Below are positions 32,618 through 43,082 of a stretch of 64,000 nucleotides of DNA, piece by piece. Every line of letters begins with the position of its first letter. The stretch's first letter is position 1. This DNA is from Spirochaetia bacterium. GTDB lineage: Bacteria > Spirochaetota > Spirochaetia > SZUA-6 > Bin103. A program made the position numbers and the translations under genes. The notes under the pieces were generated by a model. That model had not been told where the DNA came from. It made no database searches and was given only the letters and a program-made list of their open reading frames with translations. The stretch spans positions 448,001 through 512,000 of the forward strand of contig CBDBOV010000006.1 in assembly GCA_965208575.1 (NCBI GenBank), read 5' to 3'.

Positions 32618-34414
32618 TTAGTTACCCATTGCCTCCTTCAGCTCGTGGTCAAGCCAGAAGCGGGCGTACTGGACATAGAACTCCCCGCCCCCAAAGGCGC
32701 CTGAGTCCATTTCGCCGTTATAGCCTATGAGCCACGGCTGAGCAAAATAGAATTGTGGACCTCTAGGACCCCATATGCGGTAGTGCTTCTCTACCGCGTA
32801 CATATCTGCTTCTGCAATCAGCCTCTTCTGCTCCTCGATGGTCTTAGCGGCCAGGGCGGCGTCGACCATGGCATCGAGCTCATGAAACTGGTGTCCGCTC
32901 TTGTTAAGGGTCGGATGATCCGTGCGCAACCAGTCTACCATATCCTTGGGGTCGAACCTGGCGCCCGCAATGGCGGCGGTGATGCCTTCAAACTCACCCG
33001 AGGCTATCCTCTCGTTAAATGCGCTCCAAGCCAGATTATCAACCTCGACCTCGACGCCAATCTCAGCCCAGTAGGCGGCAGCTATTTGTGCATGGTCCAA
33101 ACTTGCCCCAAAAGGCCCGTAATTCAGGATGGTCTTGAATCTAATACCGTCTGCGTCGCGCGGATATCCCGCCTCATCAAGGAGCTTCTCGGCAGCTTCC
33201 GGGTCATACCGGTACCATTGCTTGACCTCGGCGGGCCACTCATCAAATGGGATGTAATACCCCTTATTCCCTATCAACCCGAACGGTGTCGGATCGGCTC
33301 GACCCGACCAGAGCGTAGCCGCCGAAGTCTCGTTGTCGAGTGCCAACTGCATTGCGTGGCGCACGTTGATGTCGTCAAAGGGCGGCTTACGAATGTCAAG
33401 TTCAAAAGAATCATTCGACCTGAAGTAGAAAAAGTACGTCTTGATTTCCGGGTTGGTCCGCTGTAGGCTCAGTACCGCGTCCAAGTCAGTTTCCTGCCGC
33501 TGGTAATCAAGCTTGCCGGCGCGTAGTGCTGCAAAAATTGATGCTAACTCTGGAATGACCAAAACCTTTAACTCGTCAACGTAGGGCAAGCGGTTTTTTG
33601 GGAATTTTTCGTCATGGCCCCAGTAGTCAGGGTTCTTGACCCAGGTGATAGAGGTGCCCGCGACCCGGTCAACCATCATAAAGGGCCCCGTGCCGACCAG
33701 GTTCCTCCAGTCCTTGACGTCGCCGTGTTGCTCGATTACCTCGGGGGGCAATATGAAAAAAGCGGGATCGACGAGCATACTCGTCAGCGCAGGGAGCCAC
33801 GGCTCCTTCAGCTTTATCACGACCGTCGCATCGTCGGTGGCCGTTATCGATTCCCATGGGACGTTTTTGGCTGGGAAAGGCATTTCGGTCGGTCCGGCCT
33901 CGCTGAACTCGCCCAGACCCAACACCCGGTTGTAGTTGTATGCGACATCAGCGGCAGTTAGCTCCCGACCGTTCATCGGTGCCTTATTATGCCAGTGAAC
34001 GCCCGGGCGGATGTGGAAGGTATAGGTGCGCCCGTCCGCGGAAATATCCCAGCTTTCCGCCAGCCTCCCGATTATGAATTCTTCAGGGAGGAATTGGCTT
34101 TTGAAGTCAAATACGTCCCTATCTATCCCCCAGTCCCCGATGCCGAGCTTCTCCACAACGCCTGAGATGACGTTGTTCCCCCAGTTGAAATAGGTGTCAG
34201 TAGACCATTCAGTACCAGACGTCCAGGGCTGGCTGGTGGTGATTGTCCCGCCGTACCGCGGTGCCAACACCACCTCGCCGGTGGTGGGGTCGGTCACATA
34301 CCGCTTCTCGGCGGCGGCTCCCGGCTCCTCCTCCGCGCCAGTGGCCCAGAGGCCGGATGCGGTCAAAACCAGGACCAGCGCAACCGAGAAGGTCTTTGCA
34401 ATGAACATCTTCAT
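32618..34414 (-). CDS. ABC solute-binding protein, family 5 (SBP1)
   Basis: Signal peptide; PRYGGT, LAESW, GTGPF, LPYVD, PFDDINVRHAM; less GC-rich than the other SBPs. Confidence 0.93.
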   Translation of the reverse strand: MKMFIAKTFSVALVLVLTASGLWATGAEEEPGAAAEKRYVTDPTTGEVVLAPRYGGTITTSQPWTSGTEWSTDTYFNWGNNVISGVVEKLGIGDWGIDRDVFDFKSQFLPEEFIIGRLAESWDISADGRTYTFHIRPGVHWHNKAPMNGRELTAADVAYNYNRVLGLGEFSEAGPTEMPFPAKNVPWESITATDDATVVIKLKEPWLPALTSMLVDPAFFILPPEVIEQHGDVKDWRNLVGTGPFMMVDRVAGTSITWVKNPDYWGHDEKFPKNRLPYVDELKVLVIPELASIFAALRAGKLDYQRQETDLDAVLSLQRTNPEIKTYFFYFRSNDSFELDIRKPPFDDINVRHAMQLALDNETSAATLWSGRADPTPFGLIGNKGYYIPFDEWPAEVKQWYRYDPEAAEKLLDEAGYPRDADGIRFKTILNYGPFGASLDHAQIAAAYWAEIGVEVEVDNLAWSAFNERIASGEFEGITAAIAGARFDPKDMVDWLRTDHPTLNKSGHQFHELDAMVDAALAAKTIEEQKRLIAEADMYAVEKHYRIWGPRGPQFYFAQPWLIGYNGEMDSGAFGGGEFYVQYARFWLDHELKEAMGN

Positions 34415-35000
34415 TGTTTCTCCATTCAAAGTGATTTTTGAGAGTATTGCGTAGCGGATTACCGCTCCCTGGCTACTCTCGGGCACGCAACGCGGACGGC
34501 CAGTCTGAGTCAGATTCACTAAGCGCGCGGCGTGTGACTCATCCGGGTGCACCCCGGCTCACGCCGCGCGCGCGTGCGGTTCTTTGAGTATCATTCGAAC
34601 CTTCTTCTTCTCTAGATCTGCGTCGGGATCTGCGTTACAACGCCACGCGTGGCGGTGGTCGGAGCAGCAGTGAGTCTGAGTGGCCGCCAACGCAGGCGGA
34701 GGGTTTTGCGCGCAGTTAGTCGCAGGCGGGGATCCGGCACCGCCTGAGTCGACGGGATGGGTGCGGGCGGTCTGGCGATCGACCGAGCCGGCGCCACCGA
34801 CAGCTACGGCGGCGGTGAAGGCGACGGCGTGCGCGGGGGCGCGTGCGCGGCGGTCAGCCGGAGCGGTCAGTTGTTTCTCGGTTCGAAAAAGTGGGGGCGC
34901 GGGCGTAGCAGGATGCACTGGCTGCGTCACAACTAAACCGGTCTCTGCGCTACCTGTCATCATGGCGCTTCATCGGCATCCGTCGAACCCCAGGCGAGAC

Positions 35001-35030
35001 ACGATAGAATAGGCGCGGCGCCCCTGTCAA
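35001..35030 (-). promoter_or_regulatory. sigma70-like promoter ~580 nt upstream of SBP1
   Basis: TTGACA - 18 nt - TATCGT on the minus strand. Confidence 0.45.
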
Positions 35031-35082
35031 CGACTCGGCGGTCACCGAAAGGAAGGATGGTAGGACACGGTCTGATGATGGA

Positions 35083-36066
35083 CTACGGGCTATCCTTGCG
35101 TTCCAGCTTCTGCAGGGCACGGGTGGCGCGCTCGGCGGCGCGGGCGCCTACGCCGCCGGCCACCCCGCGGCCGCCGCGCAGGCGCGGGTCGAGCAGGTCG
35201 CGCAGCGCGTCGCCCACCATGTTCAGGCAGTACACCACCAGCGTCAGCGCCACCCCCGGCCACATCGCCAGCCGCGGCGCCATCTCCATGTACTGGCGCC
35301 CCTCACGGCTCAGCATCGTGCCCCAGCTCGGCACGTCCGGCGGCAGCCCGAAGCCCAGAAAGCTCAAGGACGCCTCCGCGATGATCGCCCAGCCGATGGT
35401 GATCGAGTAGATGATGATGATCGGCGCCGTGATGTTGGGCCACACGTGGCGCAGCAGCGTCCGCCACGACGGGCTGCCGATCGCATGCGCCGCCTCGAAG
35501 TAGGCGTTGCCCTTGATCCCGATCACCGCACCCCGCACCACCCGCGAGTTGGCCACCCCGGACGCCAGCGCCAGCATGCCGATGATCTGCGGGATGCCCT
35601 GGCCGACGATGGTCATGATGGTCAGCAGCAGCAGCAGGCCCGGAAACGACATCCAGGCGTCCACCAGCCGCTGCACCGCCAGGTCGACCTTGCCGCCCAC
35701 GAACCCCGCCACCCCGCCGATCAGCAGCGACACCACCACGCTCAGGGTGGTGGCGGCGAACCCCACCCCCAGCGACACCCGCGCCCCGTACAACAGGCGG
35801 CTGAACAGGTCGCGGCCGATGTGGTCGGTGCCCAGCGGGTAGGTGCCGGACGGCCCCTTGAGCCGGTCGATCATGGTCATTTCCATGAAGTGATACGGCG
35901 CCAGCAGGTCGGCGAAGATCGCCACCAGGCACAGCAGCAGCACGACCGCACCGCTGACCGCGCCCACCGGCCGCTCCCTGATCAGCCGGCGCAGCAGGTC
36001 GCGCAGGAACGACTGCCCCTTCACTCCTTTGGCCGGTAGCGCTTGCGGCACGGTCACCTCACCCAT
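35083..36066 (-). CDS. OppC/DppC-like permease
   Basis: LGTDHIGRD, EASLSFLGFG, GDALRDLLDPR; tail ..RALQKLERKDSP. Confidence 0.95.
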   Translation of the reverse strand: MGEVTVPQALPAKGVKGQSFLRDLLRRLIRERPVGAVSGAVVLLLCLVAIFADLLAPYHFMEMTMIDRLKGPSGTYPLGTDHIGRDLFSRLLYGARVSLGVGFAATTLSVVVSLLIGGVAGFVGGKVDLAVQRLVDAWMSFPGLLLLLTIMTIVGQGIPQIIGMLALASGVANSRVVRGAVIGIKGNAYFEAAHAIGSPSWRTLLRHVWPNITAPIIIIYSITIGWAIIAEASLSFLGFGLPPDVPSWGTMLSREGRQYMEMAPRLAMWPGVALTLVVYCLNMVGDALRDLLDPRLRGGRGVAGGVGARAAERATRALQKLERKDSP

Positions 36067-36078
36067 AGCGACACCCCG

Positions 36079-37044
36079 TCAGCCGTATTGGACGCGCGGG
36101 TCCAGGTAGGCGTACAGCACGTCGACCAGCAGGTTGATGACCATCACCGCGACGGCGAAGAACAGGTTGATCCCCGATATCAACGGGTAGTCGCGATCGG
36201 ACAGGGCATTGATCATCAGGCGTCCCAGGCCGGGGATGGCGAACATCTGCTCCATGATGACCGAGCCGCCGACGATGATCGGTATCTGCAGCCCTGCCAG
36301 CGTCACCACCGGAATGAGCGCGTTCTTGATGACGTGACGGAGGATGACCAGGCGCTCGCGCAGGCCCTTGGCCCAGGCGGTGCGAATGTAGTCCTGGCGG
36401 AGCACCTCGAGCATCATGGTACGGGTCATGCGCATGGTGCTGGCCGCCAGGTAGGTGCCGAGGATCAGACCCGGCACGATGAAGATGCCAAAGTGGCCGA
36501 CGAAGTCGTCGGTCAGGCGCACCAGGCGCAGCGGCGGCGACCACGCCCACCAGATCGCCGGGAAGATGAGGATGATGGTGGCCAGCCAGAAGTTGGGCGT
36601 CGCCAGACCGAAGATGGCGAAGGAGCGACCGACGTAGTCGCCCACCGTATCCTGCCGCACCGCCGAGTAGATGCCGATCGGCACCCCGATCAGCATCCCT
36701 ACGACCAGTGCCACCACGCCCAGCTCGATGGTGGTCGGCAGCCGCCCGGCGATCAGTTGACCGACCGGTTCCGCCTTCAACAGAGGCTTGCCCAGATCGC
36801 CGCGCAAGATTATGCCGCCCATCCAGCGGCCATACTGCACCGGCACCGGCACGTCGAGCCCCAGCCGCCGCTCAAGCTCCGCCCGGTCGATGTGGTCCCC
36901 GCCGCCGGCCCCAGCCTCCATCCGGTACAGAAGCGTGTCTATGGCATCCCCTGGTATGAACCGCACCGACAGGAACACCAGAATCGTCAGCAGGAAGAAG
37001 GTGGGGATCAGCAGCAGGACGCGGCGGATGACGTACGCCCTCAT
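36079..37044 (-). CDS. OppB/DppB-like permease
   Basis: RAYVIRRVLL, QDYIRTAWAKGL, RDYPLI. Confidence 0.95.
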   Translation of the reverse strand: MRAYVIRRVLLLIPTFFLLTILVFLSVRFIPGDAIDTLLYRMEAGAGGGDHIDRAELERRLGLDVPVPVQYGRWMGGIILRGDLGKPLLKAEPVGQLIAGRLPTTIELGVVALVVGMLIGVPIGIYSAVRQDTVGDYVGRSFAIFGLATPNFWLATIILIFPAIWWAWSPPLRLVRLTDDFVGHFGIFIVPGLILGTYLAASTMRMTRTMMLEVLRQDYIRTAWAKGLRERLVILRHVIKNALIPVVTLAGLQIPIIVGGSVIMEQMFAIPGLGRLMINALSDRDYPLISGINLFFAVAVMVINLLVDVLYAYLDPRVQYG

Positions 37045-37206
37045 GTCGACGGAAGAACTGTCATTTCTTGCTGTTACTCCCCCTGGCGCAAATGAACTGG
37101 AGGGCGCGCGCCGGGAAGGCGCCCGACCCCCAGCTCGCGTCTACGGGTCAATTTCATTCAGGGAGCCGGCCCAAAGGCGGCCCTTGCTGGCTACGGCATT
37201 TCGCTC

Positions 37207-39012
37207 TCAGGATCCCATCTCGCGCTTCAGATCCTGATCGATCCAGAGGCGGGCGAAGATCGGCATTTTCTGAATATGGCCGAGATCACCTTCCCCGTTG
37301 TAGCCCTTGAGCCATGGCTGGCCGACATTGAACAGGGGAGCTCTCGGCCCCCGTATCACCCATATCCCCTCGGCGATGCGCAGGTCGGCCTTGCGCGCCC
37401 ACTCCTGCTGCTCCTCCAGCGTGGTGGCGGTCAGCATGTTCTGGAAGTACTCGTCAAACTCAGCGTCGATGACGTTCTGGTCCCGCCACCCGCTTGTCGA
37501 CGACGCATCGGAGATGTCAGAGATCACACCGGGATACTCGGCGCCATGCACATCCGTCCTCAACCCGAGATAGGGACAGTCAAACGGGTTCGAACTGCAC
37601 TCGATGCCCTTCTGCTGGTGTGTCGCGCGGGTAACCTCCTGGATCTCGACGTCGATGCCGATCTTCCTGAGGTAATCCATGGCGATCTGATAGTAGCCGA
37701 GGTCGAAGAACTCGTAGTGTTCGTAGACGGTCTTGAAACGCACGCCGTCCGCGCCGCGCGGAAGGCCGGCCTCGTCCAGCAGCTTCTCGGCCGCCTCGGG
37801 GTCGAACCGATACCACTGCGCGATCTCCTCGGGCCACTCTTCGAACGGCACCGCATACCCGAGCACAGCCCTGCCAAAACCGCCGACGGGCGTCGTATCG
37901 GACCACCCCTGATGGTAGGATTCCGAGATGGCGTCGAAGTCTATGGCCATGTTGAGGGCACGGCGCACGCGGATGTCGTTCCAAGGTGCGCTCTGGTTGT
38001 CAAACGTGAACGCCGTCTCCGCACGAAACGAAAACGTGGAAAACTGCAACTCGGGATTGGTCTCCTGCAGACTCAGGGCCTGGTCGACGCTGGAGAGGTG
38101 CGAGTTCGTTCCCCACCCCATCCAATCCGCCTGCCCAGAGCGCATCAGGGACAGCCTGGTAGCCGGGTCAGAGACGATCAGGAGCTCGATCTGATCGGCG
38201 TAGGGCAAACGGTTGTCGGGGAACTTCTCGTCGAAGCCCCAGTAGTCATCGATCCTGGTGTAGGTCCACGAACTTCCCTCCACCACGTCAGTAAGCTGGT
38301 AGGGCCCCGTTCCGGTCACGTTGCGCCAGTCTTGAATGTCCCCGAACTGCTCGACGACCTCGCGGGCGACGATGTAGGCATGATGAGAAACGGATAGTGT
38401 CTTCAAGGCCTCGAGAAAGGGCGCTTTCAACTTGACCACGACCGTGGAATCGTCGGGAGCGGTGATCGAATCCCAGTCCATCTTAGGCAGCTGTCCGATC
38501 CCTAAATCCTGCCCCGGCTCGCCGCCGTCAAAGCCCAGGAGCCGGTTGTAGCTGTATGCGACATCGTGGGCGGTCAGCTGCCGGCCGTTCACCGGCGCCT
38601 TGTCGTGCCAGAACACGTCGTCACGAATCTTGAACACGTAGGTGAGCGGATCCGGGTTCTCCCAGCTCTCAGCCAGCTGTCCGATGAGGACCTCGACGGG
38701 CAGGTAGAGCGTGTTATAACCGAACACACTCCGGTCGAATGACCAGTCGCCAATGCCCAGCTTCTCGTTGACCAGCCCGATCCAGCCCCCCGCGGAGTAA
38801 ACGAAGTAGGGGTCGATGCCCTCCGGCTTGCCGGCGACAAGCAATCTGATCGTGCCGCCATATTCGGGCGCGGTCACCATCTCGCCGGTGGCCGGGTCGA
38901 GCACCATCTCCTTCTCGGCCGCGGCCGCCGGCTGGTCGCTCTCGCCGCTGGCGAACGTAACGGTAGCCACCAGCGCGAACACCAGCGGCAGCAATAGGAG
39001 TCTTGGAGTCAT
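37207..39012 (-). CDS. ABC solute-binding protein, family 5 (SBP2)
   Basis: GAGGAGG RBS; MTPRLLLL signal peptide; PEYGGT, LAESW, GTGPY, PWNDIRVRRAL. Confidence 0.93.
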   Translation of the reverse strand: MTPRLLLLPLVFALVATVTFASGESDQPAAAAEKEMVLDPATGEMVTAPEYGGTIRLLVAGKPEGIDPYFVYSAGGWIGLVNEKLGIGDWSFDRSVFGYNTLYLPVEVLIGQLAESWENPDPLTYVFKIRDDVFWHDKAPVNGRQLTAHDVAYSYNRLLGFDGGEPGQDLGIGQLPKMDWDSITAPDDSTVVVKLKAPFLEALKTLSVSHHAYIVAREVVEQFGDIQDWRNVTGTGPYQLTDVVEGSSWTYTRIDDYWGFDEKFPDNRLPYADQIELLIVSDPATRLSLMRSGQADWMGWGTNSHLSSVDQALSLQETNPELQFSTFSFRAETAFTFDNQSAPWNDIRVRRALNMAIDFDAISESYHQGWSDTTPVGGFGRAVLGYAVPFEEWPEEIAQWYRFDPEAAEKLLDEAGLPRGADGVRFKTVYEHYEFFDLGYYQIAMDYLRKIGIDVEIQEVTRATHQQKGIECSSNPFDCPYLGLRTDVHGAEYPGVISDISDASSTSGWRDQNVIDAEFDEYFQNMLTATTLEEQQEWARKADLRIAEGIWVIRGPRAPLFNVGQPWLKGYNGEGDLGHIQKMPIFARLWIDQDLKREMGS

Positions 39013-39219
39013 AACGTAACTCCTCCTCGTTTTCGGGAGACGGGACCGGGTTCCGTCGCCCGTGGTCTTGGACCGGAGACTCCGGCCTTCTCGAATGGTC
39101 CTTGTATTCACGGCGCGGGGTATTGGAGCGGTAGGTGTGGATATGGACGGGAGCCGCTAGCAGCCCGTGGTGGAACCCGGCGTAGCACCGAGAGCGGCGA
39201 GGCGCCCGGCTGGCAAGGC

Positions 39220-41219
39220 GTCCGGGTAGCCCAGGGCGGTTGCCCGCCCCAGGCCCCCACAGTCCCGTGCGAGCGCGATTGACGCACACGGTTCCTCAGG
39301 TCGTAGAGTTCGCTGCATAGATGGACTGGACGACACGAACGGCCGGCAGCGGATATCGGGCCAGCAACCGCGCAAAGCAGGCCCACGTGAGGCGTCGTCC
39401 ACCGCGCCGGTTCAGCCACTTCAACCAGAGGCGCTTGGCGGCGTCGTGGAAGTACCCCAACGAGCGCCCATTGCCGGTAATGCCGTAATACCCATAGTGG
39501 CCCAGCAGCTTGCGCCGGAGGGCCGCTTGCTGCGCCCGCAGAGGCTCGTGCCGATGGCGCTTACACCACACGGCGAGTGCTCGTAACGCACGGGTCAGCC
39601 GGTCGGAGGCGGTTTTCCGCTTCACGATCCACTTCCCGTTGCGCGAGCGCCCCCAATAGTGCGTGAATCCCAAGAATGGAAAACTCGCCCCGTGGTGGGC
39701 TGTCGCGTTCCCTCCCGGCGGTCGAAACTGAAGCATCCGTGTCTTTTCCTCGTGCACGGTCAACCCGTACTTCGCGAAGCGCTTTGGTAACACGCGCAGC
39801 ACGTTCTCGGCATCGCGCCGGTCGCTGAACGTCAGTACCGCATCGTCCGCAAAACGCACCAGGAACGCCCGCCCCCGCAGGCGCGGTCGGACCACCTCAT
39901 AGAACCATCGGTCGAGTACCTCGTGCAGATAAACATTGCTGAGCAACGGCGATAGTACGCCACCTTGCGGTGTCCCCTGCTCCGGGTAGGTCACTGAGCC
40001 ATCTTCCATGACCCCTGCCTTTAGCCATTTTCCGATCAATCGTGTGATCACTCCATCTCGCATCCGCTGTGCCAGAATCGTGCGCATGGTAGCGTGTGAC
40101 AGCGTGTCGAAATACTTTCGTATGTCCAGGTCTATCACCCAACCGCCCCCTTGACCCATCATCTGGTCCCAGAGTGCTTGCAGCGCCGTGTGCGGCGATC
40201 GCTTCGGGCGAAAGCCGTGTGCACAGCTTAGAAAGTCTCGCTCGTACAGGGGCTCAAGCAGCATCTGTACCGCCCGCTGAAGTACCTTGTCCTCGAAGGT
40301 CGGTATCCCGATCGGGCGGGTTTCTCCGCCCTTCCCTTTCGGAATGTGCGCCCGCCTTACCGGCGGCGCGCGGTACGTTCCCGCCTTCGCCCGCTCCAGC
40401 AGTGATTTCAAATTCTGCTCCAGGTTCTCCCCGTACTGCTCGGCAGTCTGTTCGTCAACTCCAACTGCACCATCCTTCCGGGTACGCCGGTAGGCTTCGT
40501 ACAGCCACTCCAGATCCATGTGATACGCCAGCGACGTGAATGCCACGCCGGCGTGGATTCTCGCGTTCTCTGCTATCTGCTGCTGTTTCGTTAACACGTT
40601 CCCGGATTCCATCGCATCCTCCATGTTTCCCCGCACCAGTTCTACGACTTGACGCCCTCCTTCCCTCCGCCGGGTCCGGTGCGGCGACCGTTCCCCCGCT
40701 TCCTCGGTACTATGGGGGCGCTAAGACTGCTCGTTGCCCTTCCCGCCGCGCTTCGTTGCCTTCGCTTGGCGGTACCACGACCGCACCCGCTGCTTCGCTC
40801 CTGCACGTTCACGGGCGCTCTCCCGTGCAGGCCCGGACGTTGGTGTGCCGGCGTCCCTCCGGCTCTCCCGTCATGGAGACATCGAGCTCTCCCAGGTTCC
40901 TGGGCCACCCGCTCCGCATCTGCCCTGCTCTCCGACCCCGACCGGGCCGCCGTGCCTCGCCATTTCGGCACGTACGGTGCTGCCCCCGCATTGTCGACTA
41001 CGAAGGCCCCAGCGAGCTTTCTCCTTTCGAGGCTCAATCACACGGCTTCTGCGGTCGCTGTCTACGCTTCGCCCTCAGGGTCGCCCCTGCCGACGCAAGA
41101 CTCGCTTCCGGCTGCTTGCTATGCTTTACCGGATGGGATTGGCTACCCACGGGGTGGCTAAGAAAGGTTTCTGATGTCTATTTCATCTTCCTCCTTCCCC
41201 AGGCTTGGCCTGGCGCGAC
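39220..41219 (-). mobile_element. group II intron, ~2.0 kb
   Basis: 5' end GTCGCG; domain V/VI GAACCGTGTGCG...GCACGG...GGGCTACCCGGAC ending in AC; flanks match the uninterrupted paralogous site at ~57440-57460. Confidence 0.92.
39296..40636 (-). CDS. ltrA: group II intron reverse transcriptase/maturase (no endonuclease domain)
   Basis: RPIGIPTFEDK, GFRP, DIRKYFD, GTPQGGVLSPLLSN, RFADD, FLGF, domain X GHYGYY. Confidence 0.95.
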   Translation of the reverse strand: MRGNMEDAMESGNVLTKQQQIAENARIHAGVAFTSLAYHMDLEWLYEAYRRTRKDGAVGVDEQTAEQYGENLEQNLKSLLERAKAGTYRAPPVRRAHIPKGKGGETRPIGIPTFEDKVLQRAVQMLLEPLYERDFLSCAHGFRPKRSPHTALQALWDQMMGQGGGWVIDLDIRKYFDTLSHATMRTILAQRMRDGVITRLIGKWLKAGVMEDGSVTYPEQGTPQGGVLSPLLSNVYLHEVLDRWFYEVVRPRLRGRAFLVRFADDAVLTFSDRRDAENVLRVLPKRFAKYGLTVHEEKTRMLQFRPPGGNATAHHGASFPFLGFTHYWGRSRNGKWIVKRKTASDRLTRALRALAVWCKRHRHEPLRAQQAALRRKLLGHYGYYGITGNGRSLGYFHDAAKRLWLKWLNRRGGRRLTWACFARLLARYPLPAVRVVQSIYAANSTT

Positions 41220-41595
41220 GACGAACGAGCATATCCGGGCGCAGGAGTCTGTCGGGTGACGACAGGCTCCTGCGCGCAGGTTGGGATGGGCCGAAAGCGG
41301 CGTCCGTTGGACGGCGCTTTCGGGGCGATATGTGAGCGAGGAGCAAACGCAGCCAGCCGGGATGGATCGCCGCTCGAATGCAGCCGGAGCTCCACCACGG
41401 GCTGCTCGGTCGTCAGCGGCGCGGATGGTGGCAGAGCGGTGGACGTGGCTCGGTGGGCGTAGCGAACGGTCAGTTACCGGGTGCTTGGTTTGTTGGACGG
41501 AGCAGGACGGAGCGCTGGCGCTTGCAGCGAACCGGCGGCTGCGGCGGGCTGTGCAATCGCGCTTCATCCGCGCTTGTCCTCCTCCCGGAGCCATC

Positions 41596-41623
41596 ACTCT
41601 ACCACACGCCCGGCCACCGTCAA
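41596..41623 (-). promoter_or_regulatory. sigma70-like promoter of the SBP2 leader
   Basis: TTGACG - 16 nt - TAGAGT with TG extension; same position as 57823-57851. Confidence 0.55.
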
Positions 41624-41754
41624 GCCGCCGCATTGACTCATCGAAAATCTAACCGTAGCGAAAGCATGCCTCATCTAAAAATCTAACCGAACGGGCTGGA
41701 CCTTCCGGGTCCGGTTGGAGCCTCTCCGAGGGACGTGAGGAGGTTCCGGAGGAG

Positions 41755-43029
41755 ATGGGGTTGAAGATGAGTTCAAGGCGAGAGCTCACCGAGCAGCACG
41801 CGCAGCGGTATCGTCGGGCGGGCAAGAAGGAGAAGGGGCGCATACTCGACGAGTTCGTCGAGTCGACCGGGTACCAGCGCAAGTACGCGATCCATCTGTT
41901 GACCTGGTGGGGACGGACCCGCATGGTGCGAGTCGACGGCACACTGGTGAAGCTGGTGGTCGGGCGTCCGCGGCCTGCCCAGCGCCGCGTGCGACCGCGG
42001 CGCTACGACCAGGAGGTGCTGGTCGCTCTGAAGCTGATCTGGTACGTGTTCGACTGCATGTGCGGCAAGCGCCTGGTGGTCGTGCTGCGCACCATGCTGC
42101 CGACGCTGGAGTCGTTCGGCGAGATCGAGCTGACCGCAGCGGTGCGCGGCAAGCTGCAGACCATCAGCGCCGCGACCATCGACCGGCTGCTGCAGCAGGA
42201 GCGCGCACGGCTGCGCCTGAAGGGTCGCACGCACACCAAGCCGGGCACCCTCCTGAAGGATCAGATCGCGATCCGAACCTTCGCTGACTGGGACGAGCAG
42301 GAGCCGGGCTTCTTCGAGATCGACTTGGTGGGCCATGAAGGCGGCAACGCGTCAGGCGACTTCTGCCACACGCTCACCATCACCGACGTTGACACCGGCT
42401 GGGTCGACCTGTACGGCGTGCAGAACAAGGCGCAGCGCTGGACCCACGAGGCGATCGACGCTGCCCGGCAGAGCCTGCCGATCGTGATGCGGGGGATCGA
42501 CACCGACAACGGCAGCGAGTTCATCAATCATCATTTGCTGCGCTATTGCGAAGCGCACGGCATCACGTTCACTCGGGGTCGCCCGCATCGCAAGAACGAC
42601 ACCTGCTACGTCGAGCAGAAGAATGGCCACGTGGTGCGACGGGCGGTCGGCCACCTGCGTTACGACACCGACCGGGAACTGGCTGCCCTCAACGCGATAT
42701 ACCGCCCGCTGTGCCTGCTGGTGAACTTCTTCTATCCCTCGGTGAAGCTGGTGAAGAAAACCCGCACCGGCAGCAAGGTGCGCCGCATCTATGACGACCC
42801 GCAGACGCCGTATCACCGCATGCTGGCCTCCGAGTCGGTGAGCGAGAAGGTGAAGAACCGCCTCAAGCAGCAGTACGCGACGTTGAATCCGGTCGCCCTC
42901 AAGCGCGAGCTGACCAGGTTGACCGAGGATCTGCTGCAGCTGAACGTCAGCAAGACCGCCAAGGCCGCACCAAGCACGGTGCAAACACCGAGCGAGGAGC
43001 GTGGTGGCAGCGGTCGCACGGCAAAATGA
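41755..43029 (+). CDS. rve-type DDE transposase (ISNCY/IS481-like)
   Basis: KKEKGRILDEF, ISAATIDRLL, FEIDLVGH, IDTDNGSEF, YVEQKN. Confidence 0.92.
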   Translation: MGLKMSSRRELTEQHAQRYRRAGKKEKGRILDEFVESTGYQRKYAIHLLTWWGRTRMVRVDGTLVKLVVGRPRPAQRRVRPRRYDQEVLVALKLIWYVFDCMCGKRLVVVLRTMLPTLESFGEIELTAAVRGKLQTISAATIDRLLQQERARLRLKGRTHTKPGTLLKDQIAIRTFADWDEQEPGFFEIDLVGHEGGNASGDFCHTLTITDVDTGWVDLYGVQNKAQRWTHEAIDAARQSLPIVMRGIDTDNGSEFINHHLLRYCEAHGITFTRGRPHRKNDTCYVEQKNGHVVRRAVGHLRYDTDRELAALNAIYRPLCLLVNFFYPSVKLVKKTRTGSKVRRIYDDPQTPYHRMLASESVSEKVKNRLKQQYATLNPVALKRELTRLTEDLLQLNVSKTAKAAPSTVQTPSEERGGSGRTAK

Positions 43030-43082
43030 CCCTCTCAGGCGGGTCTGACGGTCGATAATCGGAGAATGGGCGGTCAGCGATG

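Noticed and set aside
39296-40636. Reverse transcriptase next to variable paralogues, considered as a diversity-generating retroelement or retron
   Set aside because: It has group II intron domain V/VI, a maturase domain X and a clear empty site. I saw no template/variable repeat pair with adenine-specific differences and no Avd-like gene.
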